A stretch of 64,000 nt of DNA from Ignavibacteriota bacterium (GCA_963835935.1 CAWIHK010000001.1:6933-70932); one strand, 5' to 3'. Counted from the first letter of the stretch, positions 40,285-50,742 are shown. The notes: generated by a model not told the origin, from the letters alone. Made by a program: numbers and translations.

Positions 40285-40358
40285 CCCGACAAAGAACGTC
40301 GGGATTCTCAATTCGACCACGACTTACCTAAAGAACGATAAGTCTGTCGAATTGGAAC
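40285..40358. repeat. 74-bp double-hairpin insert within attC
   Basis: cccgac-AAAGAAC-gtcggg followed by caattcgac...gactta-cctAAAGAACga-taagtc...gtcgaattg. Confidence 0.7.
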
Positions 40359-40503
40359 AAGCTGACGGAAAAAGCGCGCGCGTTGAAAGTTTAAATTGTG
40401 AATTTAGGTAAGGTATCACGCGCGACGGCGGTAAAGTTGGAAGATTATCAGTGCCGCAGCTTAGCGCCGATCCTGCTTAGACAAATAAAGTAAAGAATTT
40501 CTT

Positions 40504-41000
40504 ATGGAAACCAATTATTATATGATCCAGGAAAGCGAAAGAATAATTATAATTTGTATAGTGATGATCAGTTTAGGAAAACTAATTGACTGGTTTCTTC
40601 GAAAGAGGTAAAAAGACCAAATTTTAGAATCTCTAAAGCGTTTCGAAAATTTGTTAGCAAAGACTTCTATAAAAGAATGGCAATGGCTTATCGCAAAATA
40701 CTTATTAGATTCATTTAATAAAATTAGAAATTTCTGGCATAAAATAATGTTTATTTTCGAACCAGATGATGATCTAACAAAAAATGAATTAAGAGCATAT
40801 TCTTTTCCGGAAGATTTTAGAAAATTTACAAAAGAAGGCTTTTATGGTCTTGCACTTGTGTTCCTTCTCATGATAATGCCATTAATTTTATATTCATGGG
40901 GTATTAAAAATAATATTTGGTTTCTTACTACTTTGCTTCTTCCAGGGATTTTTATATCGCTGTTTCCTATAATAGCGATAATTCTAGTAATAATCAGAAT
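40504..41000 (+). pseudogene. Gene cassette 3: membrane protein with in-frame TAA (40609-40611), interrupted by IS4
   Basis: ATG at 40504 is in frame with ORF 40651-41043; a single stop separates them; the IS4 left end starts at 41001. Confidence 0.7.
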
Positions 41001-42367
41001 CACACTTGTCCAAAATAAAATCTCCGGAAAGTGGTACCTTTAAGGTGGAAACCAAAAAAGAACAACCACAAACCGGAGCGACATATGTCACATAAGGGTA
41101 CGAACATTTTTTCACAAATAGTAGAATATATTGATAAAAAAGAATTCGCCCGAATAGTTCGTAAGAATAACGGGGAACGTCATACAAAAGGATTTTCGTG
41201 TTGGGAACAATTGGTGAGCATGCTATTCTGCCAACTTGGGAAAGCCCAGTCCTTGCGAGAAATTTGCGGTGGATTGGCGACATGCATGGGAAGACTGTCA
41301 CACCTTGGATTAAAAGAGAGTCCCAAGCGGTCAACATTATCCTATGCAAATGGGCACCGATCATATGAGATTTTTGAAGAAACATTTTATCAGGTTTTAC
41401 AACACGCTCAAACATGTATACAAGGGAAAAAGTCGTTCCGATTTAAAAATAAACTTTTTAGCATGGATGCGACAACCATAGACTTATGTTTGAATTTATT
41501 TGACTGGGCAAAATTCCGTCGGAAGAAGGGGGCAGTGAAACTCCACATGTTGCTTGATCACGATGGATATCTTCCTGTGTTTGCCCACATTACCGATGGA
41601 AAAACACATAAAGCAACAGTCACAAAGAACAAAATTGCCAATGATTTCAGCTTTCCCGCCGATAGCATCATCGTCTTTGACCGAGGATATAACGACTACG
41701 AACAATTCGCCCATTGGTGCGATCAGGACATTTACTTCGTAACCCGCATGAAAAGTAACGCAACGTATGATGTTGTTCAAAAGAACCCCCTACCTCAGAA
41801 CAGCAATATTCTGAAAGACGAGATTATTCAATTTAACGGCCCGGTCACTTCAGAAAAATGTGAGTATGACCTTCGCCGGATCGAAGTATGGGACGAGAAG
41901 AACCAGACGATCCTGGTCTTACTCACCAATCATTTACGATTTGGCAGTACAACGATTGCCCGGATTTACAAAGAACGATGGCAAATAGAGATCTTTTTCA
42001 AAACACTGAAGCAGAACTTGAAAATCAAAACTTTTGTCGGCACCAGCGCCAATGCTTTGAAAATTCAAATTTGGACAGCATTACTTGTCATGCTAATTCT
42101 TAAAATACTTAGAGCAAAGGCTATGTTTAAATGGTCACTCTCAAATCTTGTCGCAATGTTGAGATTCAATCTCTTTACGTACCGGGATCTCAATGAATGG
42201 CTCAATGATCCATTTCAGAGTCCACCATTTGTGCCAGATGTTCAGCTTTCTTTATTTGATCTTGGACAGCATTCAGGGGCTTACTCCAAGACTTTCCTAA
42301 AATATTGTCCAAATTGAGCCATGATCAATAGTTTTTTATCTATATCTATTTATTTTGGACAGTAGTG
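41001..42367 (+). mobile_element. IS4-family insertion sequence
   Basis: 19-bp imperfect TIRs cacacttgtccaaaataaa / tttattttggacagtagtg; no flanking direct repeat visible. Confidence 0.88.
41085..42317 (+). CDS. IS4-family DDE transposase (DUF4372-like N-terminus)
   Basis: MDATTI, VFDRGY, YKERWQIEIFFK (YREK signature); ATG at 41085 with GGAG RBS. Confidence 0.95.
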   Translation: MSHKGTNIFSQIVEYIDKKEFARIVRKNNGERHTKGFSCWEQLVSMLFCQLGKAQSLREICGGLATCMGRLSHLGLKESPKRSTLSYANGHRSYEIFEETFYQVLQHAQTCIQGKKSFRFKNKLFSMDATTIDLCLNLFDWAKFRRKKGAVKLHMLLDHDGYLPVFAHITDGKTHKATVTKNKIANDFSFPADSIIVFDRGYNDYEQFAHWCDQDIYFVTRMKSNATYDVVQKNPLPQNSNILKDEIIQFNGPVTSEKCEYDLRRIEVWDEKNQTILVLLTNHLRFGSTTIARIYKERWQIEIFFKTLKQNLKIKTFVGTSANALKIQIWTALLVMLILKILRAKAMFKWSLSNLVAMLRFNLFTYRDLNEWLNDPFQSPPFVPDVQLSLFDLGQHSGAYSKTFLKYCPN

Positions 42368-42725
42368 AAGCCAAGTATTAGTATGGTAATACAATATTAT
42401 ATTTAGCAGTACTATTTGATAATACAATCCTCTTTGTAATAATTACTCAGTGGTGTTACGCGCAAAAGATGAATTAGAAGCCGTGCCTTTGGCAGATTCC
42501 TTCGGAACGAAATATGAAATGGTTTCTGGAGCTTTTTTCTCAAACGGCGCTGCGTGAGGATTAATAACAGATTAATTCTTGTTTTCCGGTGTTCGCGTTC
42601 TTTCATCGTTTTTGAAAGAGAGTAGTATGTAGATTATCTCTCTTGCTCGAAAGGAACTATAAATTATTTTTCAATTATCTATTGACTTTTTACATAACAG
42701 CTTGGGGCGCTGGATTGCCATCAAG

Positions 42726-43622
42726 TTATTTCAAAAGAACAAGTCTAATTGATTTTGATTCATTATTTACACGTACAACACATAGATATACACCGCTAGA
42801 TTTATTTAACGCGTTCCAAATAATAGAATGATTCCCGCTTTCGAGTACACCATCAAATACAGTTTCAACTAACTTTCCCAAAATATCATAAATACATATT
42901 GTTGTTTCCGATCTGCTTGAAATATTAAAAGATATTACCGTAGCAGGATTAAATGGATTAGGATAATTTTGTTCAACAACAAAATTTTGCGGGCCCTCTT
43001 TTGATTTATTCGTTTCGACTGAAGTTACTACCTTATTTGTGAGCGTATCATATGCAATAGTTTCTATCCCTCCATAATCATGAAAAGCCGTTTGGATAAC
43101 ACCTGCTGACTTTACTACTGTAGTTGTATCCGTTTCTGTAAATCCATGTAAAAATGATGAGTATTCAGTAATAATTAATGTATCTTGTAATGCTGCTGGC
43201 GAGTAGCGCGAAAGCAGTGTTTCATTTGACGATAAAAAAAGATAGGGATAAATATTTTCTGACGCATATAAGGTCAATTTATGATTACCACTTAAATTTT
43301 CAACAATTGTAAACAAAGTAGAATCGATAATTGTATATGATGTATCAGACTCATGTCGAGGAATCTCATCAAAGCTATAAACGACATTCCGTTTTTCCTG
43401 AAAATTCCAAATAATCGAATCTGGAGTTACATTATTTGAAAGTACAGTATATTGTGCTTTGCCATCATACCATGAAAAAGTAGATATTATTGGATTTTCA
43501 ATCAGGCAATGATATGCGAACGTCCACCTATTGCCAACACTTAATGGAAAAAAATCATTAGAAGATGTTTGTGCAAGAACAACCGATGGAACAAATAAAA
43601 ACCAAAAATATTTATAATTCAT
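42726..43622 (-). CDS. Secreted protein with T9SS type A C-terminal sorting domain
   Basis: Signal peptide; EQNYPNPFNPAT...IYDILGKLV...SSGVYL...LVLLK. Confidence 0.88.
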   Translation of the reverse strand: MNYKYFWFLFVPSVVLAQTSSNDFFPLSVGNRWTFAYHCLIENPIISTFSWYDGKAQYTVLSNNVTPDSIIWNFQEKRNVVYSFDEIPRHESDTSYTIIDSTLFTIVENLSGNHKLTLYASENIYPYLFLSSNETLLSRYSPAALQDTLIITEYSSFLHGFTETDTTTVVKSAGVIQTAFHDYGGIETIAYDTLTNKVVTSVETNKSKEGPQNFVVEQNYPNPFNPATVISFNISSRSETTICIYDILGKLVETVFDGVLESGNHSIIWNALNKSSGVYLCVVRVNNESKSIRLVLLK

Positions 43623-43717
43623 ATTATCCTATCTGCTGTTTTTGTTGGCTAACTTTTATTTATTATGGTTCCCTCATTAAGCCGGGGTTTTAATTATGGT
43701 CAATATATCATAATTTA

Positions 43718-44048
43718 TTAATGGACACGCTCCAAACCGTCGATAGTCATTACATCGATCAACGATGCAGCATCTTTATATTAACGTATGCACCGCTGAA
43801 GTTATGATGAACCGGTCCCCGATTACAAAATCCACAGTGAATCCTGAGCCTACCTTCATATACCTCTCGCGGCAGGGTACTTCGACTTGATCTTGACGGG
43901 CTTCTCATAACCGTTTTCCGTTTTAACGGGCTGGGCGTTGGTGATCTCCTTCACCGCCATGGTGAGCATCATTCACTCGATCCAATAGACAATATCCACT
44001 TCAAGCGTCTTCGGAACATCATCAGACGTCTTGAATTTTCCCGGTTTA
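43718..44048 (-). pseudogene. Decayed gene fragment
   Basis: Higher-GC stretch with protein-like pieces (KTENGYEKPVKIK, GFTVDFVIGDRFII, MTIDGLERVH*) broken by stops and frameshifts. Confidence 0.45.
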
Positions 44049-44334
44049 AATTTTCAAACCAAGTTCAATGCTCCTACTTGTACCGCAAGCCTTTGTCTAA
44101 GACTATTATTTTTTACAATTTGATAAAGTAAAGAACAACTTTTTGAAAAGTTAGAAGCTTTTTTTAATATAGTCAAGTTTGTTGCGAAAGATATTGCAAT
44201 AAGTTCCTGAAGTAAACTTTTCCACAAATCGACAATCCCGAATCCACAATTCAATTTGAGCTTCATTTTTTTATTTATTAGCTTTATCTTTCAATAAATC
44301 AAATTTAAAAATTTTGGATATTTTAAGGATACTT

Positions 44335-45843
44335 ATGAAAAAACGATTCTTTTTATTTCTTATCGTATTCAGTGTCATTTCGATTTCTTATGCTGCTGAA
44401 GACGGCTTTACATCCGTCCAATCTCAAGTCGTCGAACAAACACTAAAGAATGGTTTAAAGATTATCATCTTGCCGCGGCACGACGCGCCGGTGGTTTCAT
44501 TTCATACGTACGTCGATGTTGGTTCGGTGAATGAGGACAGAGGCATTACCGGTCTGGCTCACATCTTCGAGCATCTTGCTTTTAAAGGAACATCAACTAT
44601 CGGTACGAAAGATTATAAAAAAGAAAAAATATCTCTCGAAAAACTCGATCATGCCTGGGAAACTTTACGCACCGAGGAACGGAAAGGTGATAAAGCAGAT
44701 TCTACAAAACTCATCCAACTTCGATCCGCATTCGAACAAACTCAGGCAGAAGCGTCTTCCTACGTGGTGAATAACGAGTACGGCCAAATCACCGAAGAAA
44801 ATGGCGGTGTTGGTTTGAATGCAAACACTTCGTGGGAAGCCACACAATACATCATCAGTTATCCATCCAACAAACTTGAATTATGGATGTCTCTCGAATC
44901 ATCGCGATTTCTCGATCCGGTGTTTCGTGATTTCTACAAAGAAAAAAATGTAGTAATGGAAGAACGGCGCATGCGGACTGAAAGCAGTCCCGTTGGAAAA
45001 TTAATTGAAGACTTCCTTTCCGTTGCTTACAAAGCTCATCCATATCGCGATCCTGTGATTGGATACACGAGCGATCTGGAATCGATTACTCGAACTGACG
45101 CGATCAATTTCTATAAAAAGAATTACGTTCCGTCGAATATCGTGGTCGGAATTGTCGGCGATGTGGATCCGGCTGAAGTTATTCGTCTTGCTGAAATTTA
45201 TTTTGGAAGAATTTCAGCCGGACCAAAACCGGAAGCGCTGCGGACAATCGAGCCGCCTCAGCATGCCGAGAAGAGGGTTTTGCTCCATGAACATTCACAG
45301 CCATTTTTTGTGATGGGATATAAAAAAGGATCGATGCTCGATCCGGACGATGCAGTCCAGGATGCCATCACAGATTTGATGAGTTCCGGCAGGACGTCGC
45401 GGCTCTATCGTTCGTTAGTGAGAGATAAAAAGATTGCAATAGATGCCGGAGGATTTTCAGGTTTTCCGGGACAAAAATTTCCAAACATGTTTGTATTTTA
45501 CGCCGTTCCCGCGCAAGGAAAAACGAATGCCGAATGTCAGTCGGCGATCGAAGCAGAAATAACAAAATTGAAAAATGAACCGGTTGACGACGAAACACTA
45601 AAAGCCGTCAAGACACGCGCGAAGGCGGAGTTAATTCGTTCACTTGCTTCAAACAGCGGATTCGCCGGTGCTCTTACATTCTGGCAAGTGATGACCAACG
45701 ATTGGCACAACATGTTCAAGCAATTAGACAACATAAACGCCGTGACGGCGGCAGATATTCAACGCGTCGCGAAACAAATTTTCACGGACGATAACCGTAC
45801 CATCGGAACAATCGAACCGGTGAGTGAAGAGAAGGAGAAATAA
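44335..45843 (+). CDS. M16 (pitrilysin-family) peptidase, catalytic subunit
   Basis: Signal peptide; inverted zinc motif HIFEH; EKNVVMEERR; HPY. Confidence 0.93.
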   Translation: MKKRFFLFLIVFSVISISYAAEDGFTSVQSQVVEQTLKNGLKIIILPRHDAPVVSFHTYVDVGSVNEDRGITGLAHIFEHLAFKGTSTIGTKDYKKEKISLEKLDHAWETLRTEERKGDKADSTKLIQLRSAFEQTQAEASSYVVNNEYGQITEENGGVGLNANTSWEATQYIISYPSNKLELWMSLESSRFLDPVFRDFYKEKNVVMEERRMRTESSPVGKLIEDFLSVAYKAHPYRDPVIGYTSDLESITRTDAINFYKKNYVPSNIVVGIVGDVDPAEVIRLAEIYFGRISAGPKPEALRTIEPPQHAEKRVLLHEHSQPFFVMGYKKGSMLDPDDAVQDAITDLMSSGRTSRLYRSLVRDKKIAIDAGGFSGFPGQKFPNMFVFYAVPAQGKTNAECQSAIEAEITKLKNEPVDDETLKAVKTRAKAELIRSLASNSGFAGALTFWQVMTNDWHNMFKQLDNINAVTAADIQRVAKQIFTDDNRTIGTIEPVSEEKEK

Positions 45844-45845
45844 TC

Positions 45846-47981
45846 ATGAAGAAAATATTTTTAATTTTCCTCTTCATCATCGTCGCGGTTGTTTCCTTGC
45901 CGGCTCAACAAACAAAAACTGGGAAACCAAAATCGTACAAAGAACTGCGGTATCCAAAACTCAGAGAGATCACAATTCCGAAACCGGATACGCTTCAACT
46001 TTGTAACGGCTTGCGGATTTATTTGCTCGAAGATCATTCACTTCCTCTTATCGATGCACAAATTCTCATACACACCGGATCGCGATATGAACCAGCGGAT
46101 AAAGTCGGCCTTGCCGGAATAGTAGGAGAAGTGATGCGAACAGGAGGCACTACATCGAAGACAGGCGATCAATTCGACGATGAACTTGAAAAAATTGCGG
46201 CTTCCGTCGAAACGTCGATTGGAACATCGTCAGGTTCCGCGTCGATGTCGGTTATGAAAGAGGACATCGATAAAGGATTGTCGGCGCTGGCGGATGTTCT
46301 GATGCATCCTGCGTTCCCGGAAGATAAAATCGAGCTTTCAAAAATTGAAATAAAAAGTGAAATATCGCGGCGAAACGATAATGTCGGATCAATTGCGGCG
46401 CGTGAATTCCGGCGTCTGATTTATGGGCCGGATAATATTTATGGCCGCATCGTGGAATATGAGCACGTCGACAACATCACCCGCCAGGACTTGATCGATT
46501 TTCATAATAAATATTTTGCTCCGAATAACGCGCTCATGGCAATATGGGGAGATTTCGATGTGAGCGCCATGAAAGCAAAGATTAAAGAATATTTTGGAAG
46601 TTGGGAAAAACAACAACTCGATGTTCCGGCACTTCCGCCGATTCCGCAATCGCATGGAAACTCTGCTTATTTTATTTCGAAAGAAGATGTCAATCAAGCG
46701 AATATTTATATCGGACATCTCGGCGGAATTCTCAGCGACCCGGAGAGCGAAGCGCTCAATGTTGCCGACCAGATTTTTGGCGGAGCATTCGCTTCACGGC
46801 TCTTCAAACGTATCCGATCCGATCAAGGACTTGCGTACAATGTCGGAAGCAATTGGGGTGAGAACTTCGATCATCCCGGCATCTTCACAATCTCGGCAAG
46901 TACAAAATCGCAAAGCGCCGTCAAAGTATCACGCGAGATTATAAAAGAATTGGAGGAGCTGCTGAAGAACGGGATTACAGATGCCGAATTAAAATTCGGA
47001 AAAGAATCACTGCTGAATTCGTTTGTATTCAATTATGACACGAAAGAAAAAATAATCTCACAAATTCTCGAACAGGAGTTTTACAATTATCCGGAGGATT
47101 TTCTTCCAAAACAAAAACACACGATCGAAGCGCTGACAAAAGAAGATGTCATGTCTGCCGTACGAAAAAGATGGAAACCTGAAGATCTCACAATCCTTGT
47201 AGTGGGAAAAGAAAAAGATTTCGACGAGCCGATGAAGAATTTGAATCCGGATTATAAAACAATCGATATAACGATTCCACAACCGCCGGAAAGAATTCCT
47301 GAAGCGACACCCGAAACAATCGAACGCGGAAAAGAACAGTTGCGCAAATCGCTCGAAGCGGCGGGAGGCAAACTTCTTCTGAACATTCACGACATGAGCA
47401 TTTCGGGTAAAACAACTTTGACAACTCCTCAGGGAGACATTTCGATGACGACAGAAACGAAATTGCTTTTTCCGTGTAAGTGGATCGAAGTGATGCAGTC
47501 TCCTTACGGTGAAATCCGGTTCATATATGACGGCATATCGTTATGGATGAAGAATCCGCAGGGAGTTATAGAAGTAAGCGGAGTTCAAAAAGAAGAAATG
47601 CAAAAAGAATTTGTCCGGAACCCGGTTTCCGTTCTCCAAAATTTTGAAAAACCGGAATATCAGATTCAATATTTTAAAGATGAAACAATCGATAGTATTT
47701 CAGCGGCGGTAATAATTGTGCGGCATATTCCTACAAATTCCATCACGAAGTTTGTGATAGATAAAAAAACGAATCTTCCGTTGAAAGCGATTGCAAAATC
47801 TATCGGCATGAATGGTCCGGAAGAAATCGAAACGACTTATTCCGACTATCGAGACATTGGAGGAGTAAAAATCGCTTTCAAAGAACTGACATTATCGAGC
47901 GGAAAAAAAGTCGCCGAGACAATCTTTTCGAATGTCGGCATTAATTCCGGCTTGTTGGAAGAGTCATTCAAGAAGCCTTAA
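45846..47981 (+). CDS. M16 peptidase non-catalytic subunit with extra C-terminal domain
   Basis: Lacks HxxEH; has SRLFKRIRSDQGLAY (R/Y pair); about 240 aa beta-rich extension. Confidence 0.88.
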   Translation: MKKIFLIFLFIIVAVVSLPAQQTKTGKPKSYKELRYPKLREITIPKPDTLQLCNGLRIYLLEDHSLPLIDAQILIHTGSRYEPADKVGLAGIVGEVMRTGGTTSKTGDQFDDELEKIAASVETSIGTSSGSASMSVMKEDIDKGLSALADVLMHPAFPEDKIELSKIEIKSEISRRNDNVGSIAAREFRRLIYGPDNIYGRIVEYEHVDNITRQDLIDFHNKYFAPNNALMAIWGDFDVSAMKAKIKEYFGSWEKQQLDVPALPPIPQSHGNSAYFISKEDVNQANIYIGHLGGILSDPESEALNVADQIFGGAFASRLFKRIRSDQGLAYNVGSNWGENFDHPGIFTISASTKSQSAVKVSREIIKELEELLKNGITDAELKFGKESLLNSFVFNYDTKEKIISQILEQEFYNYPEDFLPKQKHTIEALTKEDVMSAVRKRWKPEDLTILVVGKEKDFDEPMKNLNPDYKTIDITIPQPPERIPEATPETIERGKEQLRKSLEAAGGKLLLNIHDMSISGKTTLTTPQGDISMTTETKLLFPCKWIEVMQSPYGEIRFIYDGISLWMKNPQGVIEVSGVQKEEMQKEFVRNPVSVLQNFEKPEYQIQYFKDETIDSISAAVIIVRHIPTNSITKFVIDKKTNLPLKAIAKSIGMNGPEEIETTYSDYRDIGGVKIAFKELTLSSGKKVAETIFSNVGINSGLLEESFKKP

Positions 47982-48221
47982 AGAACGCATAAGATTTCTT
48001 TTCATCAAGGCTGATTCTTAGCGGTCTGAAATCTTTTCTAGATTCCAGACTGCACTTGATATGACGCTACTTGAATGAGAGAATCCAGAAGCTTGAGAAG
48101 ATTAAAAACAAAGAAGACTGATTTATTTTAGGGTGTGACTACAGGTGTAATTCAATCTTGCTTCTATCTCATTTTGTGTCTATAATAAACTTTACGAACG
48201 AACATTATTTCAGACAATTAC

Positions 48222-49397
48222 TTGATACCGCGAATCATATTAAAAAAAGGGGAAGAACACAGAATACTCGAAGGACATCTCTGGGTGTTCAGCAACGAGA
48301 TTCATTCGATCGAAGCGGGTTCACCTGCAACAGGCGACATTGTCGATGTTCGAAGAATCGATGGAAAGTTTTTAGCAAGAGGATTTTATCACCCTCATTC
48401 GTTGGTGGCTGTACGGATTCTAACTTTTGATGATGTTGAAATAGATCCAGACTTTTTTAAAACACGAATCCGGCAGGCGGCCGAACTCAGGAAAATACTG
48501 TATCCAGAATGCAATTCATATCGTCTGATCTATGGCGAAAGCGATTTTCTTCCCGGCTTGATCGTCGATAAATTTGACACGATTTTATCACTGCAAATCC
48601 TATCGGCCGGGATGGAATTACGCCTTCAAACTATCGTAAAAATATTGTTGGAGGAATTTTCTCCAGAATCCATGATTGAAAAGAACGAGTCTTTTCTTAG
48701 AAAATTGGAAGATTTGCCCGATCGTTCAGGATTTCTTTTCGGTGAAAAATCATCGGTAATGATAACGGAAAATGAAATTCGATACGTCATTGATGTAGCG
48801 GGAGGCCAAAAAACCGGATTTTTCCTCGATCAACGCGAGAATCGCAAGGCTATCAGACGTTATACAAAAGGGAAACATGTTCTTGATTGTTTTTGCAATG
48901 ACGGAGGATTTTCCTTAAACTCCTGCTATGGCGGTGCGTCTAATGTTTTAGGCATAGATGTTTCGGATGGCGCAATCACGCGTGCACGATCTAATGCCGA
49001 AGAAAATAAAATGAATTCGGTTTGCCGTTTTGAAGTGAGCGATGTTTTTGAGCGGCTACAGAAAGAAGTAAACTCTGACGCACAATTCGATGTTATTATT
49101 TTAGATCCGCCTTCGTTCACAAAAAGCAGAAAGACGGTGAACACGGCAAAAAAAGGATATAAAGAAATCAATACCGCGGCAATGAAAATTTTAAAACGAG
49201 GCGGTATTTTGGCCACAGCTTCTTGCTCGCATCATATACTTGAACAAACGTTTTTAGAAATTATTCGAGAAAGCGCTATGGCGGCAAGTAAATCGATCCA
49301 ATTGCTCGAATGGCATGGAGCCGGGCCTGACCATCCAGTCTTACCGGCAATGCCCGAGACGAAATATTTAAAATTCGGAATTTTCAGGATTTCATAA
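48222..49397 (+). CDS. RlmI-like SAM-dependent rRNA methyltransferase (PUA domain)
   Basis: GHLWVFSNEI, ESDFLPGLIVD, GQKTGFFLDQR, LDPPSF. Confidence 0.9.
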   Translation: MIPRIILKKGEEHRILEGHLWVFSNEIHSIEAGSPATGDIVDVRRIDGKFLARGFYHPHSLVAVRILTFDDVEIDPDFFKTRIRQAAELRKILYPECNSYRLIYGESDFLPGLIVDKFDTILSLQILSAGMELRLQTIVKILLEEFSPESMIEKNESFLRKLEDLPDRSGFLFGEKSSVMITENEIRYVIDVAGGQKTGFFLDQRENRKAIRRYTKGKHVLDCFCNDGGFSLNSCYGGASNVLGIDVSDGAITRARSNAEENKMNSVCRFEVSDVFERLQKEVNSDAQFDVIILDPPSFTKSRKTVNTAKKGYKEINTAAMKILKRGGILATASCSHHILEQTFLEIIRESAMAASKSIQLLEWHGAGPDHPVLPAMPETKYLKFGIFRIS

Positions 49398-49410
49398 ATC
49401 TGGGGGTACT

Positions 49411-50112
49411 ATGAAGAACATTTTATTTTTTGTTACGTTGGCAGTATTCATATCAATCTCCGTCAATGCCCAACAAACAACGTCGACCACAAAAAATCCA
49501 TCTGCTACATCGCCTTTGCTTTATCCTACCATTCCTTCGGATACAATTGGGTTAACGCAGTCTTACGGACTCGACATTCTTTTTTCAACAAATGGATTTG
49601 GCCTTGGTTTATTTTACCGGTGCGATTTAAATAAAACAATTCAGGGGTTTGCATCATTTGCAATTTCAGAATCGAAAGATGAAAGCGAATTCGATCAGTA
49701 CGATCCTTATACGGGCGAGAGTTATTCCCCCGGAGAAATCAATCGATTCTTAATTTTTCCATTAAGCTTCGGAATACAGTACAGAATATTCGAAGACGAA
49801 ATAATGGACAATTTCCGGCCATACCTCACGGCCGGTGCAGGCCCAACAGTAGTCTTCTCGAGTCCTTATGATAGAGAATTTTTTAACAGTCTGAGATATG
49901 GCAAAGCATATTGGACATATAATAGTTTCATCGGCCTGGGTGCATTTTTTGGCAATCAGCGTGGAAGTTTTCTTGGATTCAATTTCAGATATTATTTTAT
50001 ACCGATTGCAGGAGGGCTTCCGAGTATGCAGAACCAGGTGACCGGTGACATCATGAATAAAAAAGATTTTGGAGGATTTTTTATCTCTTTAACTCTCGGG
50101 ACAAGTTATTGA
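49411..50112 (+). CDS. Outer-membrane beta-barrel protein
   Basis: Signal peptide, amphipathic strands (RPYLTAGAG), terminal aromatic residue. Confidence 0.7.
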   Translation: MKNILFFVTLAVFISISVNAQQTTSTTKNPSATSPLLYPTIPSDTIGLTQSYGLDILFSTNGFGLGLFYRCDLNKTIQGFASFAISESKDESEFDQYDPYTGESYSPGEINRFLIFPLSFGIQYRIFEDEIMDNFRPYLTAGAGPTVVFSSPYDREFFNSLRYGKAYWTYNSFIGLGAFFGNQRGSFLGFNFRYYFIPIAGGLPSMQNQVTGDIMNKKDFGGFFISLTLGTSY

Positions 50113-50136
50113 GTGTGTGATAGGAACTAATCCAAT

Positions 50137-50742
50137 TTATAGTTTTTTTGAAAATGAAAGTTTTTGCACTTCTTCATACCGAAAACAACTAACCAAATGA
50201 TCATTCACCATTCCTGCGGCCTGCATAAATGCATAACAAATTGTAGGCCCGACAAATGTAAATCCGCGTTGCTTTAAATCTTTGCTCATCGTCTCGGCTG
50301 CTTTACTAACAGCAGGTAATTGTTTCAGCGTTTTAAAACGATTTACTTTCATTCTGTGATTTGTGAATTGCCAGATATAGTTATCGAACGATCCGAACTC
50401 TTTTTGAACTGTCAGGAAGAGTCGGGCATTCTTCACGGTTGAAAGTATCTTCAATCTATTTCGAATTATACCTTCATCCTTGAGCAAGCGTTGTATATCT
50501 TTTTCTGTGAAACGTGCTATTCGCACAGGATCATAATTCCTGAAAGCCTTGCGGAACGCTTCTCGTTTTTTCAAAACAATCGACCAACTTAAACCAGCCT
50601 GGAAGGCATCCAGCATCATGAATTCGAAGAGCTTGCGATCGTCGTGAAGCGGAACGCCCCATTCCGTATCGTGATATTCGATCATTAACGGATTGTCTGT
50701 CGGCCATGGACAGCGTTCTCTGTTTTGCAGTTTTGACGGCAT
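50137..50742 (-). CDS. tag: DNA-3-methyladenine glycosylase I
   Basis: RCPW, YHDTEWG, FQAGLSW, FVGPTICYAFMQAAGMVNDHLVSC. Confidence 0.96.
   Translation of the reverse strand: MPSKLQNRERCPWPTDNPLMIEYHDTEWGVPLHDDRKLFEFMMLDAFQAGLSWSIVLKKREAFRKAFRNYDPVRIARFTEKDIQRLLKDEGIIRNRLKILSTVKNARLFLTVQKEFGSFDNYIWQFTNHRMKVNRFKTLKQLPAVSKAAETMSKDLKQRGFTFVGPTICYAFMQAAGMVNDHLVSCFRYEEVQKLSFSKKL

Larger units (their letters stand above)
38863..40482 (+). other. attC site interrupted by two insertions
   Basis: Reconstructs as GCCTAA-CCA-GGCGCTC-AAGCTGACGG...CCGCAGCTTAGC (40454-40465)...gcttagac (degenerate R', 40475-40482) after removing the IS (38872-40274 plus one CCA) and 40285-40358. Confidence 0.85.

Noticed and set aside
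40164-40292. N-terminal extension of the IS110 transposase given by the ORF track
   Set aside because: It crosses the IS end into attC; the true start is the ATG at 40163 with an AAGGAG RBS and GIDLH at residue 5.
48022-48052. Stem-loop after the M16 operon as an ncRNA
   Set aside because: A single imperfect hairpin with no recognisable family features; a terminator or stabiliser is sufficient explanation.
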